Positions 55,801 to 64,000 of a stretch of 64,000 nt of DNA are shown here, one piece after another; the first letter of the stretch is position 1, and each line of letters opens with the position of its first letter. The notes below the pieces were generated by a model. The model was not told the origin of the DNA. It did no database searches and saw nothing but the letters and a program-made list of their open reading frames with translations. The DNA is from Desulfobacterales bacterium (GTDB taxonomy: Bacteria; Desulfobacterota; Desulfobacteria; Desulfobacterales; JAIPEE01). The position numbers and the translations under genes were made by a program. The DNA lies in NCBI GenBank assembly GCA_021737275.1, contig JAIPEE010000018.1, positions 8,970-72,969 on the forward strand, in the 5' to 3' direction.

Positions 55801-56050
55801 ATTTATTCAGCAAGAAATAAAGGCAGGCACCCCCTTTAAGGAAGCCATCCTGCAAAGCGGCGCTATTCGGATGCGGCCCATTGTGCTGACAGCAGCGACA
55901 ACAGCACTGGGGGCATGGCCGATTACGCTTGACCCTGTTTTTTCAGGATTGGCCTGGACACTAATATTCGGATTACTGGCATCTACTGCTTTTACATTAT
56001 TGATTGTGCCGGTAACATATTATGCGCTTTTTAAAGACAAGATCAGTTAA
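52853..56050 (+). CDS. RND family efflux permease (AcrB/CzcA superfamily)
   Basis: The ORF is 1065 aa with a 12-TM architecture and two large periplasmic loops. The conserved TM4 context is GLVVDDPIT. Confidence 0.9.
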   Translation: MTLLKSIVAGFLNSRLSIILIIASLCLGIAAVMITPREEEPQIVVPLADVYIYAPGAGAGEIEKLVATPLERLLWQIDGVEYVYSMSRQDMAIVTVRFFVGEDRENSLVKLHNKISMNIDSAPPIVSGWVIKPVEIDDVPITNITLYAEQYNDHELRRIGEEVLSRLSSIEDISRVNIIGGRKREILVELIPEKLSGYGISINEVQQVLRGADVSVYAGSFSRFNKEHEVISHSFLSSAGDVSALMVGVKGDRPVYLRDIASVTDGPEEMKSYSHIGHSYYFRKTHNIENEPLSYPAVTLALAKKKGTNAVTVSRNIIKELEILKKTIIPDSVKVEITRNYGETAQQKVNGLLGSLAFAIVSVVILLALTLGWREAVVVALAVPISFSLALFVNYLFGYTINRVTLFALILSLGLVVDDPITNVDNIQRHILTGARNSVEATLFAVGEVLPPVIMSTLAIIICFIPLFFITGMMGPYMAPMASMVPVTVVFSTFCALTIVPWLTHLLLKNKSKTGVTGSKQNKPENSAIHKIYRKIVDPFLESSQKRKALFLTVIGLLIVPILLAVVRLVPLKMLPFDNKNEFQVIIDMPEGTTLEHTGMVVQDFENYLRQIREVTNFVSYVGTASPIDFNGLVRHYYLRNSGHLADIRVNLVDKSQRKQQSHGIVLRIRKDLEQLALKHNASIKLVEVPPGPPVLSTIVTEIYGEPDRSYEQLIEGADHIKKIMADEPFLVDIDDSSEEPRSRINFILDKEKAALHGVTAQTIITSLQIALGGSTVATVHAPGERQPLMVKTILPVDKRSGVTALKQIPVKTMSGSLVPLAELVRIDYSSEDQPIYHKNLKRVVFVYGEMAGRAPGEAVLDMQKRLKNDPLPKGLVAEWAGEGEWKITLSVFRDMGIAFAAALLGIYILLILTTNSFFMPVLIMMAIPLTLIGAMPGFWLLNLITGNTVGGFSNPVFFTATGMIGMIALGGIVIRNSLVLIEFIQQEIKAGTPFKEAILQSGAIRMRPIVLTAATTALGAWPITLDPVFSGLAWTLIFGLLASTAFTLLIVPVTYYALFKDKIS

Positions 56051-56079
56051 TTTATAATGAGATAATAATGGAGCATGAA

Positions 56080-56490
56080 ATGTCATTTTTTGATTGGGAA
56101 GAAAAATACAGTGTTGGCATAACTGAGATTGACGAGCAGCATAAAAAACTGGTGGGCCTGTTAAATCAGCTTCATGAAGCAATGAGTGACGGTAAGAGTA
56201 CAGAAGTAATTAAGCCTGTGCTTATCGGCCTGATTGAATATGTTAAAACACATTTTTCTACTGAAGAAAATTACTTAATTAAGTATGCCTACCCTGATTA
56301 TGAATCCCATAAAAAAGCACATGATCAGTTCACCAATAAGGTTCGGGATTTGAGGGATAAATATATTGATGATACAACTTCATCTCTGGCCATAGAGATA
56401 TCCGATTTTTTGAAAGACTGGCTGGTAAAACATATTATGGGTACAGATAAACTTTACGTCTCTTTTCTCAAGGAAAAAGGCGTGAAATAA
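56080..56490 (+). CDS. Bacteriohemerythrin
   Basis: MSFFDWEEKYSVGITEIDEQHKKL, HFSTEE, HKKAH and DWLVKHIMGTD are the His/Glu/Asp diiron ligand pattern. GGAG lies 6 nt before ATG 56080. Confidence 0.85.
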   Translation: MSFFDWEEKYSVGITEIDEQHKKLVGLLNQLHEAMSDGKSTEVIKPVLIGLIEYVKTHFSTEENYLIKYAYPDYESHKKAHDQFTNKVRDLRDKYIDDTTSSLAIEISDFLKDWLVKHIMGTDKLYVSFLKEKGVK

Positions 56491-56653
56491 AATCAAAAAC
56501 CTCGCTTTATAAATCAGGTTTCGTAATCTCAATTCATTGAGGGATTACGATTACGAACATGGTTAATATTCAGCGTTATTTACATATATCCGCTCTCATC
56601 TTCACACATAAACAGGTAAAACGCATCATCTGCATTTTTAAATAGCTTTCCCG

Positions 56654-56950
56654 TCAAAGTTTACTTTTCACACTGTCAATTTTTTCGGCCATTGTCTGTT
56701 TGCGGTCAACACGGGTACCCATCTTCAGGGTTGTCGTAATCCTGGGCGCGCCCATGGCATGTATCCGTTTATGACACTTTTTTACAACGGCAAATACAGC
56801 GTCCCAATCGCCCTCAATATTGGTACCAAAGGCATGCAGGGTATGTTCCAAACCTGAGTCGGATATAATTTTCTGGCATTCGGCAACATGTTTTGAAACG
56901 GACACGCCAACACCCATGGGGACTATGCAAAGGTCTACTATGACATTCAT
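56654..56950 (-). CDS. MTH1187/YkoF-like thiamine-binding protein (DUF77)
   Basis: The ORF is 98 aa. IVDLCIVPMGVGVSVSKHVAEC...GTNIEGDWD is typical of the family. AGGAGG precedes the ATG. Confidence 0.75.
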   Translation of the reverse strand: MNVIVDLCIVPMGVGVSVSKHVAECQKIISDSGLEHTLHAFGTNIEGDWDAVFAVVKKCHKRIHAMGAPRITTTLKMGTRVDRKQTMAEKIDSVKSKL

Positions 56951-57043
56951 AATTATAACCTCCTGAAATAAAACAATTTTTTTTAAAATTACTTACTATT
57001 CAGTACGAATAATCTCCAGGCCGAACCTGTTAACACAAGATCC

Positions 57044-57970
57044 TTATTCCTTGAGCAGCAGATCCGTACTGAGGTATCTTTCTCCGGTATCAGGTAGTAA
57101 TGTTACAATCTGCTTGCCTTTATTCTCCGGCTTTGATGCAATCTGAAGGGTGGCCCATACTGCTGCGCCTGAAGAGATGCCACACAGAATGCCTTCAAGA
57201 GCAGCCATTCTCCGTGCCGTTTCAAAAGCCTGATCATTGGTTACAGTAACAATTTCATCTATAATATCCGTATTCAAAACACCGGGTATAAAACCTGCTC
57301 CTATGCCCTGGATTTTATGTGGTCCGGGACTGCCGCCTGAAAGAACCGGCGAATCGGCCGGTTCAACAGCGACAGCATGAAAAGACGGTTTTTTAGCTTT
57401 CAGCACCTCGGCAACACCGGTAATGGTGCCACCGGTACCAACGCCGCATACAAAAATATCAACATTGCCATCCGTTGCATACCAGATCTCCTCGGCCGTT
57501 GTTTTTCTGTGAACCTCCGGGTTGGCGGGGTTGTTAAACTGATCCGGCATAAAACTATCCGGGGTCGAATCTACAAGCGACTGTGCTTTTGCAATGGCAC
57601 CTTTCATCCCGTCAGGACCCGGTGTCAACACCAGTTCAGCCCCCAGATGTTTTAGCAACATTCTTCGTTCAATGCTCATTGTCTCCGGCATGGTAAGCAT
57701 CAGCCGATAGTTCTTCAATGCACAAATAAGAGCAAGAGCAAGCCCTGTATTGCCGCTTGTAGGTTCGATAATTGTTGAACCCTGGCCAATTTTGCCCTCT
57801 TTTTCAGCAGCTTCAATCATTGAAAAACCGATACGATCTTTTACACTGGACAGTGGATTAAAAAATTCCGGTTTTACTAAAATATCCGCGCCCAGATCAA
57901 TGCTTAATGCCTTAAGGCGAACCAGCGGTGTACACCCAATTGTACTACTGATATTTTCCTGGATTTTCAT
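57044..57970 (-). CDS. cysK: Cysteine synthase A (O-acetylserine sulfhydrylase)
   Basis: The PLP-Lys context is NPLSSVKDR, and TSGNTG and GTGGTITG are present. AGGAG lies 6 nt before ATG 57970, so I prefer it to the track's 58018, which would overlap cysE. Confidence 0.9.
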   Translation of the reverse strand: MKIQENISSTIGCTPLVRLKALSIDLGADILVKPEFFNPLSSVKDRIGFSMIEAAEKEGKIGQGSTIIEPTSGNTGLALALICALKNYRLMLTMPETMSIERRMLLKHLGAELVLTPGPDGMKGAIAKAQSLVDSTPDSFMPDQFNNPANPEVHRKTTAEEIWYATDGNVDIFVCGVGTGGTITGVAEVLKAKKPSFHAVAVEPADSPVLSGGSPGPHKIQGIGAGFIPGVLNTDIIDEIVTVTNDQAFETARRMAALEGILCGISSGAAVWATLQIASKPENKGKQIVTLLPDTGERYLSTDLLLKE

Positions 57971-58004
57971 AGCGGACTCCTTTTTTACTATATTTTTATG
58001 ATAA

Positions 58005-58955
58005 TTATTTATATACAAGTCGCGGAACTTCTATCAGCACCTTTGTATCAGGCGGCACAGATTCAGTTAACCAGACATTTCCACCTATTACGGATCTGCT
58101 GCCGATAATAGTTTCACCACCCAGAATTGTTGCACCCGAATAAATGATAACATCATCTTCAATTGTCGGATGCCGTTTTGAATTTCTTAACTTTTCACCT
58201 GCATCTTTGGGCAAAGAAAGCGCACCCAGAGTTACACCCTGGTAGATTCTAACATTTTTACCAATAACGGTTGTCTCACCAATAACCACTCCGGTACCAT
58301 GATCAATAACAAATCTCTTACCGATTTTTGCTCCCGGATGGATATCAATACCCGTCAATCCATGTGCATGCTCTGTCATAACCCTTGGAAGCAGTGGTAC
58401 ATTATACTCAACCAGCTTGTGTGCAATTCTGTAAACAGTAATCGCATAAACACCCGGATAGCTGAAAATAATCTCATCATAACTTTTTGCAGCCGGGTCT
58501 CCATCAAAAACAGCTCTTACATCAGTTGCCAGTATTTTTCTGAGCGAGGGAATAGTTTCCAGTATTTTGATGGCAAGATTATACCCCCGCTCCTCACATT
58601 CGATACAAGCCTGACGGTCATATCTGAGACAGTCGTGCCGCAAAACATGGGTAATCTGATCGGCAAGCAGATCAGAAAGAGAAGAAACCGTCTGCCCGAT
58701 ACTGTACTTCAGGTTGACTTTATCAAGCTTATGACTGCTGAAGTATCCGGGGAAAAGAAGTTCCCTGAAGCCGTCAATCAATTCAACAACTTTACTATTT
58801 GAGTGGATCGCCTCATAATCTATATGTGTAAAACATTCCGGATCATCACAATGATCAACGATTAAAGAAGCTGTGGTCTCAAGCTTAGCCCTGTATTCCT
58901 GAAGCATATCCATATCTGTCCGGCAAACTTTTTTTTCTATTTTTGTATTTTCCAT
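58005..58955 (-). CDS. cysE: Serine O-acetyltransferase
   Basis: A SATase N-domain is followed by hexapeptide repeats ([31 protein letters not shown]). Confidence 0.85.
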   Translation of the reverse strand: MENTKIEKKVCRTDMDMLQEYRAKLETTASLIVDHCDDPECFTHIDYEAIHSNSKVVELIDGFRELLFPGYFSSHKLDKVNLKYSIGQTVSSLSDLLADQITHVLRHDCLRYDRQACIECEERGYNLAIKILETIPSLRKILATDVRAVFDGDPAAKSYDEIIFSYPGVYAITVYRIAHKLVEYNVPLLPRVMTEHAHGLTGIDIHPGAKIGKRFVIDHGTGVVIGETTVIGKNVRIYQGVTLGALSLPKDAGEKLRNSKRHPTIEDDVIIYSGATILGGETIIGSRSVIGGNVWLTESVPPDTKVLIEVPRLVYK

Positions 58956-59032
58956 AAAGGCTTACCTCCGAGATCTTCTTTTCATAAAATACGCATGATT
59001 TTTTAATCGTCCATTAATATTTTTCCTTGCTG

Positions 59033-60085
59033 TCAATTGACCAGCTCAAGCATTCGATCAAGTGCTTTTTTAGCATCATTTTTCACTTTATCCGATACCT
59101 TTATAATATTCTCTTTACCGATATTTTCAAGCGTATGGAGAAGTTTCTCCGGCGATATTTTATACATATTGGGGCATAGCGAATCGTGGAGCGTAAGGAT
59201 GTTTTTGTCAGGGTAATTGTCACTCAAACGACGAACAAGATTTATCTCGGTACCGATAATAATCGTTGAACCGGCCGGTGCTTCCTTGACATAATCAACA
59301 ATAAAGCTGGTAGAACCAACGGCATCTGCCAGCGCCACAACCTCTTGCCTGCATTCCGGATGCACCACCAGTTTTGCATCAGGATATTTAGCCCGTTTTT
59401 CAGCAATATGATGGGTGGTAAAACGGGTATGTACAAGACAGTATCCATCCCACAACAAAATCTTTGCTTTTTTTATTGTTTCAGGTGTGTTTCCGCCAAG
59501 CGGCTTTCCGGGCTGCCAGACAACCATTTCATCCGGTGAAAATCCCATTTTGTTACCGGTATTGCGTCCAAGATGCTGATCCGGGAAAAAGAATATTTTT
59601 TCGCCACGTTCAAAACTCCAGTCAAAGGCGGCATGTGCATTGGAAGATGTGCAGACAACACCGCCATTTCTGCCGCAAATGGCCTTTATTTCGGCATCGG
59701 CATTCATGTAAACAACCGGAATAACTGTTGTGTCACCTAAAAACGCTGTCACCTCTTCCCAGGCCTTTTCAACAATATAATGGTCGGCCATATCCGCCAT
59801 CCAGCATCCGGCATTGGTGTCCGGCATCTGAACGATCTGATGTGGCTGGGAGAGAATTTCCGCACTTTCTGCCATAAAATGGACACCGCAAAAAACAATA
59901 TATTCCGCATTCTTATCTGCTGCGGCCTGTTTTGAGAGCCCGTATGAGTCGCCGATATAATCAGCCAGCGCCACAATCTCTTTTCGCTGATAGTGATGTG
60001 CCAGTATAATCAGCTTGCCACCAAGGTCTTTTTTCTTTTCGTTAATTTTGTTAACGATAACGTCAATGTTATTCTGTTCCGACAT
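59033..60085 (-). CDS. nadA: Quinolinate synthase
   Basis: The ORF is 350 aa with NadA blocks (ILAHHYQR, VHFMAESA, CSLCPNM-like LCPNMYK). Confidence 0.9.
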   Translation of the reverse strand: MSEQNNIDVIVNKINEKKKDLGGKLIILAHHYQRKEIVALADYIGDSYGLSKQAAADKNAEYIVFCGVHFMAESAEILSQPHQIVQMPDTNAGCWMADMADHYIVEKAWEEVTAFLGDTTVIPVVYMNADAEIKAICGRNGGVVCTSSNAHAAFDWSFERGEKIFFFPDQHLGRNTGNKMGFSPDEMVVWQPGKPLGGNTPETIKKAKILLWDGYCLVHTRFTTHHIAEKRAKYPDAKLVVHPECRQEVVALADAVGSTSFIVDYVKEAPAGSTIIIGTEINLVRRLSDNYPDKNILTLHDSLCPNMYKISPEKLLHTLENIGKENIIKVSDKVKNDAKKALDRMLELVN

Positions 60086-60122
60086 TGCCCTGAATCCTTT
60101 AAAACAATATGTTTTTCTATGC

Positions 60123-60557
60123 TTATTCGGTTATAATATTTATATCATCACCACAACGAACCATGCCTTCTTCAAGCACACGACCAAATACACCCTTTTT
60201 AGGCATGATGCAGTCTCCGGCTTTATAATAAATAGCACACTTCTTATGGCACTCTTTTCCGATCTGCGTAATTTCTACTACCGCACTTTCTCCAAGCTGA
60301 ACTTTCATGCCGACCGGAAGTTCTTCCCACACAATCCCGACGGTTGAAATGTTTTCAGCAAAATTGCCAAAGGTCACATCAAGGCCCTTTTCTTTCATCG
60401 TTTCAATACTTTCCGAAGATAAAAAACTGACCTGTCTGTGCCAGTCACCGGCATGGGCATCTCCTTCAAGGCCATATTCTTTTTTGAGGAATGCCTCTTT
60501 TACGCAGTTTTTTGTTGTCCCCTTCTTTTTACTGACCGCTATTGATACAATTTCCAT
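60123..60557 (-). CDS. MOSC domain protein
   Basis: The ORF is 144 aa. FAENISTVG...LGESAVVEITQIGKECH is the MOSC beta-barrel pattern. Confidence 0.75.
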   Translation of the reverse strand: MEIVSIAVSKKKGTTKNCVKEAFLKKEYGLEGDAHAGDWHRQVSFLSSESIETMKEKGLDVTFGNFAENISTVGIVWEELPVGMKVQLGESAVVEITQIGKECHKKCAIYYKAGDCIMPKKGVFGRVLEEGMVRCGDDINIITE

Positions 60558-60567
60558 TTTTTTACCT

Positions 60568-61194
60568 TCACTTTCCTATCAAAAATATACCGTAAGTCGC
60601 CCTCAAATCAGACAGAAAAGTTACAATCCTGCCTTCCTTTTCCTGATTGTTTGTTTTAATGGCGGCTTCACGAATAATTTTAAAACCAGTCTCTTTGGAA
60701 AATGCCCTGAAATCACTTAAGGTAATCACCCGAATATTCGGTGTGTCATGCCACTGGTACGGAAGCTGTTTTGTAACAGGCGCATGACCGGTTAACAGGA
60801 GTTGCCGACGGATCTTCCAGTGACTGAAATTTGGAAAACTGACCACACTTTTTTTACCAATCCGGAGCATCGCTTTTATCAGGCCCGACGGTCCAAAAAC
60901 CTGCTGCAATGTCTGACTGAGAACGACATAGTCAAAACTGTCATCCGGATAATCTTCCACCTCTTCATTGATATCACCCTGGAGCACGGAAAGACCTTTT
61001 TCAATACATTGCGCAACTTTGGCCTCATCTATTTCAACACCGGTTTCCTTTACCTGTTTCTCCTTTTTAAGATAGTAAAGAAGTTCACCGTCACCGCAGC
61101 CAAGGCCCAGAACTTTTGAACCCGGTTCTATCCAGGAGGCAATGAGTCTGAAATCATATCGGACGTTTGTATTTTCAGCGTTCATTGTAAACAC
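60568..61194 (-). CDS. metW: Methionine biosynthesis protein MetW
   Basis: The SAM-MTase-like motif VLGLGCGDGELL and the position immediately downstream of metX support the call. Confidence 0.8.
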   Translation of the reverse strand: MFTMNAENTNVRYDFRLIASWIEPGSKVLGLGCGDGELLYYLKKEKQVKETGVEIDEAKVAQCIEKGLSVLQGDINEEVEDYPDDSFDYVVLSQTLQQVFGPSGLIKAMLRIGKKSVVSFPNFSHWKIRRQLLLTGHAPVTKQLPYQWHDTPNIRVITLSDFRAFSKETGFKIIREAAIKTNNQEKEGRIVTFLSDLRATYGIFLIGK

Positions 61195-62338
61195 GTTCCA
61201 GAAAACCTTTCTGTAGTTTTGTCAGCCGCTCACTGGGCAGCAGAAATGCGTCATGTCCCCACTCTGCATCAATTTCACAAAAGCTCACATCAAGGCCATT
61301 TTTTTTCATGGCCTTTACCATTTTTTTTGACTGGTATGTTGGATAGAGCCAGTCGGATGTAAACGAAGCCACCAGAAATTTTGCTTTTGTTTTTGAAAAT
61401 GCCGCCACAGAAGTCCCGCCATACTGCTGTTGAAGATCAAAGTAATCGGCGGCCTTGGTAATATATAAAAAAGAGTTGGCATCAAAACGCTCTACAAACT
61501 TTGCACCCTGGTGTCTCAGATAACTTTCAACCTGAAAGTCGGCATCAAAATTAAAAGAAAAGACTTCTTTGTCCTGAAGCCGACGGCCGAATTTCATGCG
61601 CATGGATTCATCAGACAGATATGTAATATGGCCGATCATCCGCGCAACAGAAAGCCCCAGTGCCGGTTTTTCACCCGAGTAATAATCGCCATTGTTCCAG
61701 TTGGGGTCGGCAACAATCGACTGCCGTGCAACCTCATTGAAAGCAATCGCCAGAGCCGAATGCCGCATGGTTGTTGCGAGCGGAATACCTGAAACCACCA
61801 TATCAGGATAGCGTATACACCATTCCAACACCTGCATACCGCCAACTGAGCCGCCAATTACAGAAAGAATTTTTTCAATGCCCAGATGATCCACCAGTGC
61901 TTTCTGCACATTAACCATATCGCCAATGGTCACTACCGGAAACTTAAGCCCATAAGGTTTTCCTGTATCCGGATTGATGGATGACGGACCGGTTGTGCCC
62001 ATACAGCTTCCCAGAATATTGGAACAGATAATAAAGTACTTATCCGTATCAATCCCCTTGCCCGGACCGACCATAATATCCCACCATCCGGGCTTGGTAT
62101 CATCCTCACTGTAATAACCGGCCACATGGGCATCTCCGGTAAGGGCATGGGCCACAAGAATAACATTACTTTTATCTGCATTTAATTTGCCGTATGTTTC
62201 ATAGGCAATTGTTATCGGCCCAAGCTTTGCCCCGCTCTCCAGCATCATTTCATCCGGCGGTGCGGCAAAGGTGAATACCTTTTTCTTAACAACGCCTACT
62301 GAAACTGAATCTCTGTTTTGATCAATATATTCACTCAT
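61175..62338 (-). CDS. metX: Homoserine O-acetyltransferase
   Basis: The alpha/beta hydrolase nucleophile context is GGSVGGMQ. The ORF is 387 aa with typical MetX blocks (HALTGDAH, GWWD). Confidence 0.9.
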   Translation of the reverse strand: MSEYIDQNRDSVSVGVVKKKVFTFAAPPDEMMLESGAKLGPITIAYETYGKLNADKSNVILVAHALTGDAHVAGYYSEDDTKPGWWDIMVGPGKGIDTDKYFIICSNILGSCMGTTGPSSINPDTGKPYGLKFPVVTIGDMVNVQKALVDHLGIEKILSVIGGSVGGMQVLEWCIRYPDMVVSGIPLATTMRHSALAIAFNEVARQSIVADPNWNNGDYYSGEKPALGLSVARMIGHITYLSDESMRMKFGRRLQDKEVFSFNFDADFQVESYLRHQGAKFVERFDANSFLYITKAADYFDLQQQYGGTSVAAFSKTKAKFLVASFTSDWLYPTYQSKKMVKAMKKNGLDVSFCEIDAEWGHDAFLLPSERLTKLQKGFLERVYNER

Positions 62339-62340
62339 AA

Positions 62341-63624
62341 TTAAATAGCGCCAAGTGCCTGCGCAAGATCCGCTTTAATATCGTTAAATGTTTCTATACC
62401 AATAGAGAGCCTTACCAGGTCAGGCGTAATTCCACCTTCTGCCTGCTCCGATTCTGTGAGTTGAGAATGTGTCGTACTTGCCGGATGAATGGCCAGACTC
62501 TTTGCATCGCCCACATTGGCAAGATGAGAAATAAGCTTGAGGCTGTCTATAAACTTTTGACCGGCTTCAAGACCACCTTCAATACCAAAAACAACCATGC
62601 CGCCAAAACCGTTTGTAAACTGCTTTGAGGCAATTGCATAAGCCGGATCAGTTTCGAGTCCGGGATATCTTACCCATTTTACCTTTGGATGTTCTGTCAG
62701 AAATTTAGCAATACCGAGCGCATTATCGCAATGGCGCTGCATTCTCAGGGCAAGTGTTTCAATGCCCTGCAAAAAAGCCCATGAATTGTCCGGTGAAATA
62801 CAAGCGCCAAGATTTCTCAACGGCACCAGCCTCATTCTCAGAATAAAGGCCAGTGGATTCAGATCACCCAAATCATGGGCATATCTCAGGCCATGATAGG
62901 AACCGTCCGGTTCGTTATAAAAACGGAACTTTGGGTCCGTCCAGTCAAATTTTCCGCCATCAATAACAATGCCGCCAATCCCGGTTCCATGCCCTCCCAG
63001 CCATTTGGTGAGGGAATGGACGACGATATCTGCACCATGCTCAAGCGGTCTGAACAGATAGGGTGTTGTAAATGTCGAATCCACTGCAAGAGGCAGGTGA
63101 TGTTTTTTCGAAATTTCAGAAACGGCCTCAAAGTTTACCACATCCAGAACAGGATTACCGATACTTTCGGTAAACAACAGCCTTGTTTTGTCATTGATGG
63201 CTTTTTCAAAATTATCCGGATATAGCGGGTCTATCAGTCTGACCTTTATACCGAAATCAGGCAGAATATTATTAAACATCGTGAATGTACCGCCATAAAG
63301 ATTATTGGCAGCCACAACTTCATCTCCTTGCCCGCAGATATTTATTACCGTATAGAAAATTGCCGAAGTTCCCGAGGCCAGTGCCAGAGCTGCAGCACCA
63401 CCCTCAAGCGCTGCCATTCTTTTCTCCAGTACATCCTGGGTAGGGTTCATCAGTCGTGTATAAATATTTCCCGGCTCTTTCAATGCAAAAAGATTGGCGG
63501 CATGTTCCGTATTCTTGAACACATAGGAACTTGTCCGATAAAGAGGAACGGTGCGGGCGCAGGTCTCATCTATTTCAGCACCTGCATGTAATGATAATGT
63601 TTCAAATCCGGGTTTTTCAATCAT
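62341..63624 (-). CDS. metY: O-acetylhomoserine sulfhydrylase (aminocarboxypropyltransferase)
   Basis: The Cys/Met-metabolism PLP family Lys context is HSLTKWLGGHG. The ORF is 427 aa. Confidence 0.9.
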   Translation of the reverse strand: MIEKPGFETLSLHAGAEIDETCARTVPLYRTSSYVFKNTEHAANLFALKEPGNIYTRLMNPTQDVLEKRMAALEGGAAALALASGTSAIFYTVINICGQGDEVVAANNLYGGTFTMFNNILPDFGIKVRLIDPLYPDNFEKAINDKTRLLFTESIGNPVLDVVNFEAVSEISKKHHLPLAVDSTFTTPYLFRPLEHGADIVVHSLTKWLGGHGTGIGGIVIDGGKFDWTDPKFRFYNEPDGSYHGLRYAHDLGDLNPLAFILRMRLVPLRNLGACISPDNSWAFLQGIETLALRMQRHCDNALGIAKFLTEHPKVKWVRYPGLETDPAYAIASKQFTNGFGGMVVFGIEGGLEAGQKFIDSLKLISHLANVGDAKSLAIHPASTTHSQLTESEQAEGGITPDLVRLSIGIETFNDIKADLAQALGAI

Positions 63625-63642
63625 TTTTCAATCTCCGTTTAT

Positions 63643-64000
63643 TCAGGTGGTATCTTTTTTAAACAGCTCATTTAAAACTTCACATTCCCGGCAGATTTTA
63701 ATTTTTTCATCCCAGCTACGTTGGGGTTTTCCGGCACAAATAGTACCATTGATGAACCAGCAAAATTTACCGGAATTGAACTCCCAGGCCGGACATTTCT
63801 TTTTTTGTTCCGGCGGACATTTAAGAATTTTCCAGCATGGTTTTCTGCTTTTATCGTCAGATTCAGCCCTGGATACAAGGAACAGTATCTGGCGCTCCAC
63901 ATCAGTCGGAATAGCCCGCCACCCTTGTTCATAGCTGTGGATTGCCTTGATAGATTTTCCCAAAAGCTGTGCCATCAGTTTCTGGGTTTTGTTTAATCTT
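63643..64000 (-). CDS. XRE-type HTH protein with C-terminal Cys-rich (two CW motif) domain; 5' end outside window
   Basis: The frame stays open past the track's ATG to the window edge (..KTQKLMAQLLGKSIKAIHSYEQG is an HTH_3 pattern). The C-terminus has KPCWKILKCP and KFCWFINGTIC plus CRECE. Confidence 0.65.
   Translation of the reverse strand, partial: RLNKTQKLMAQLLGKSIKAIHSYEQGWRAIPTDVERQILFLVSRAESDDKSRKPCWKILKCPPEQKKKCPAWEFNSGKFCWFINGTICAGKPQRSWDEKIKICRECEVLNELFKKDTT

Noticed and set aside
56521-56550. A short hairpin, tcgtaatc ... gattacga, after the hemerythrin gene.
   Set aside because: The stem is 8 bp, AT-rich and without a U-tract. The neighbouring gattacgattacga looks like a trivial duplication.
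58299-58802. A 167-aa + strand ORF inside cysE.
   Set aside because: It is antisense to a gene with clear hexapeptide-repeat acetyltransferase motifs.
1-64000. A window-wide scan for CRISPR-like regularly spaced repeats, rRNA/tRNA-like segments and riboswitch-sized leaders (for example upstream of metY, cysK and nadA).
   Set aside because: - No periodic repeat arrays were seen.
- The intergenic regions upstream of the met, cys and nad genes are only about 18-90 nt, too short for known riboswitches.
- I recognised no tRNA cloverleaf by eye. A tRNAscan or Infernal run would be the decisive check.

Overview
The window is a gene-dense chromosomal segment of about 42% G+C by eye. Its gene content looks like an anaerobic, sulfate-reducer-type Desulfobacterota genome: desulfoferrodoxin, rubrerythrin, rubredoxin:oxygen oxidoreductase, c3/c7-type and multihaem cytochromes. 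This taxonomic guess comes from gene content only. I found no rRNA, tRNA, CRISPR array, transposase or integrase.

Layout:
- 1-9.3 kb (+): the tail of a LacI regulator, then a class III aminotransferase, a saccharopine-dehydrogenase-like gene and a tartrate-dehydrogenase-like gene. These are followed by a PilZ/HDOD signalling pair, an alanine-dehydrogenase-like gene and an M28 peptidase.
- 9.3-16.3 kb (-): an ankyrin-repeat polytopic membrane protein, threonine aldolase, and a run of small metabolic and transport genes.
- 16.5-18.6 kb (+): a NapC/NrfH-type tetrahaem cytochrome plus an octahaem HAO-like cytochrome.
- 18.7-27.4 kb (-): miscellaneous housekeeping and detoxification genes.
- 27.4-34.2 kb (-): a Type III restriction-modification operon with a KilA-N gene translationally coupled between mod and res, plus two unknown small genes.
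- 35.1-36.5 kb (+): a PAS/sigma-54 activator.
- 38.0-50.2 kb (+): a roughly 12 kb single-strand oxygen-defence supercluster. It carries rbr, dfx, ferritin, a small Zn-ribbon ORF, cydAB, a trihaem c7, a flavodoxin-ArsC fusion, two rubredoxins, FprA/ROO, ferredoxin and a repeat protein. It ends in an unusual two-gene cytochrome-bd-like membrane module fused to eight CXXCH haem-c sites.
- 50.2-56.5 kb (+): a tripartite RND efflux system and a bacteriohemerythrin.
- 56.6-64.0 kb (-): thiamine-binding protein, cysK, cysE, nadA, MOSC, metW, metX, metY and a truncated XRE/Cys-rich regulator.

Three short CDSs below the ORF-track cutoff were recovered by reading the sequence: two rubredoxins and one Zn-ribbon protein.

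The strongest novelty candidate is the haem-c-fused bd-like module at 46392-50226.
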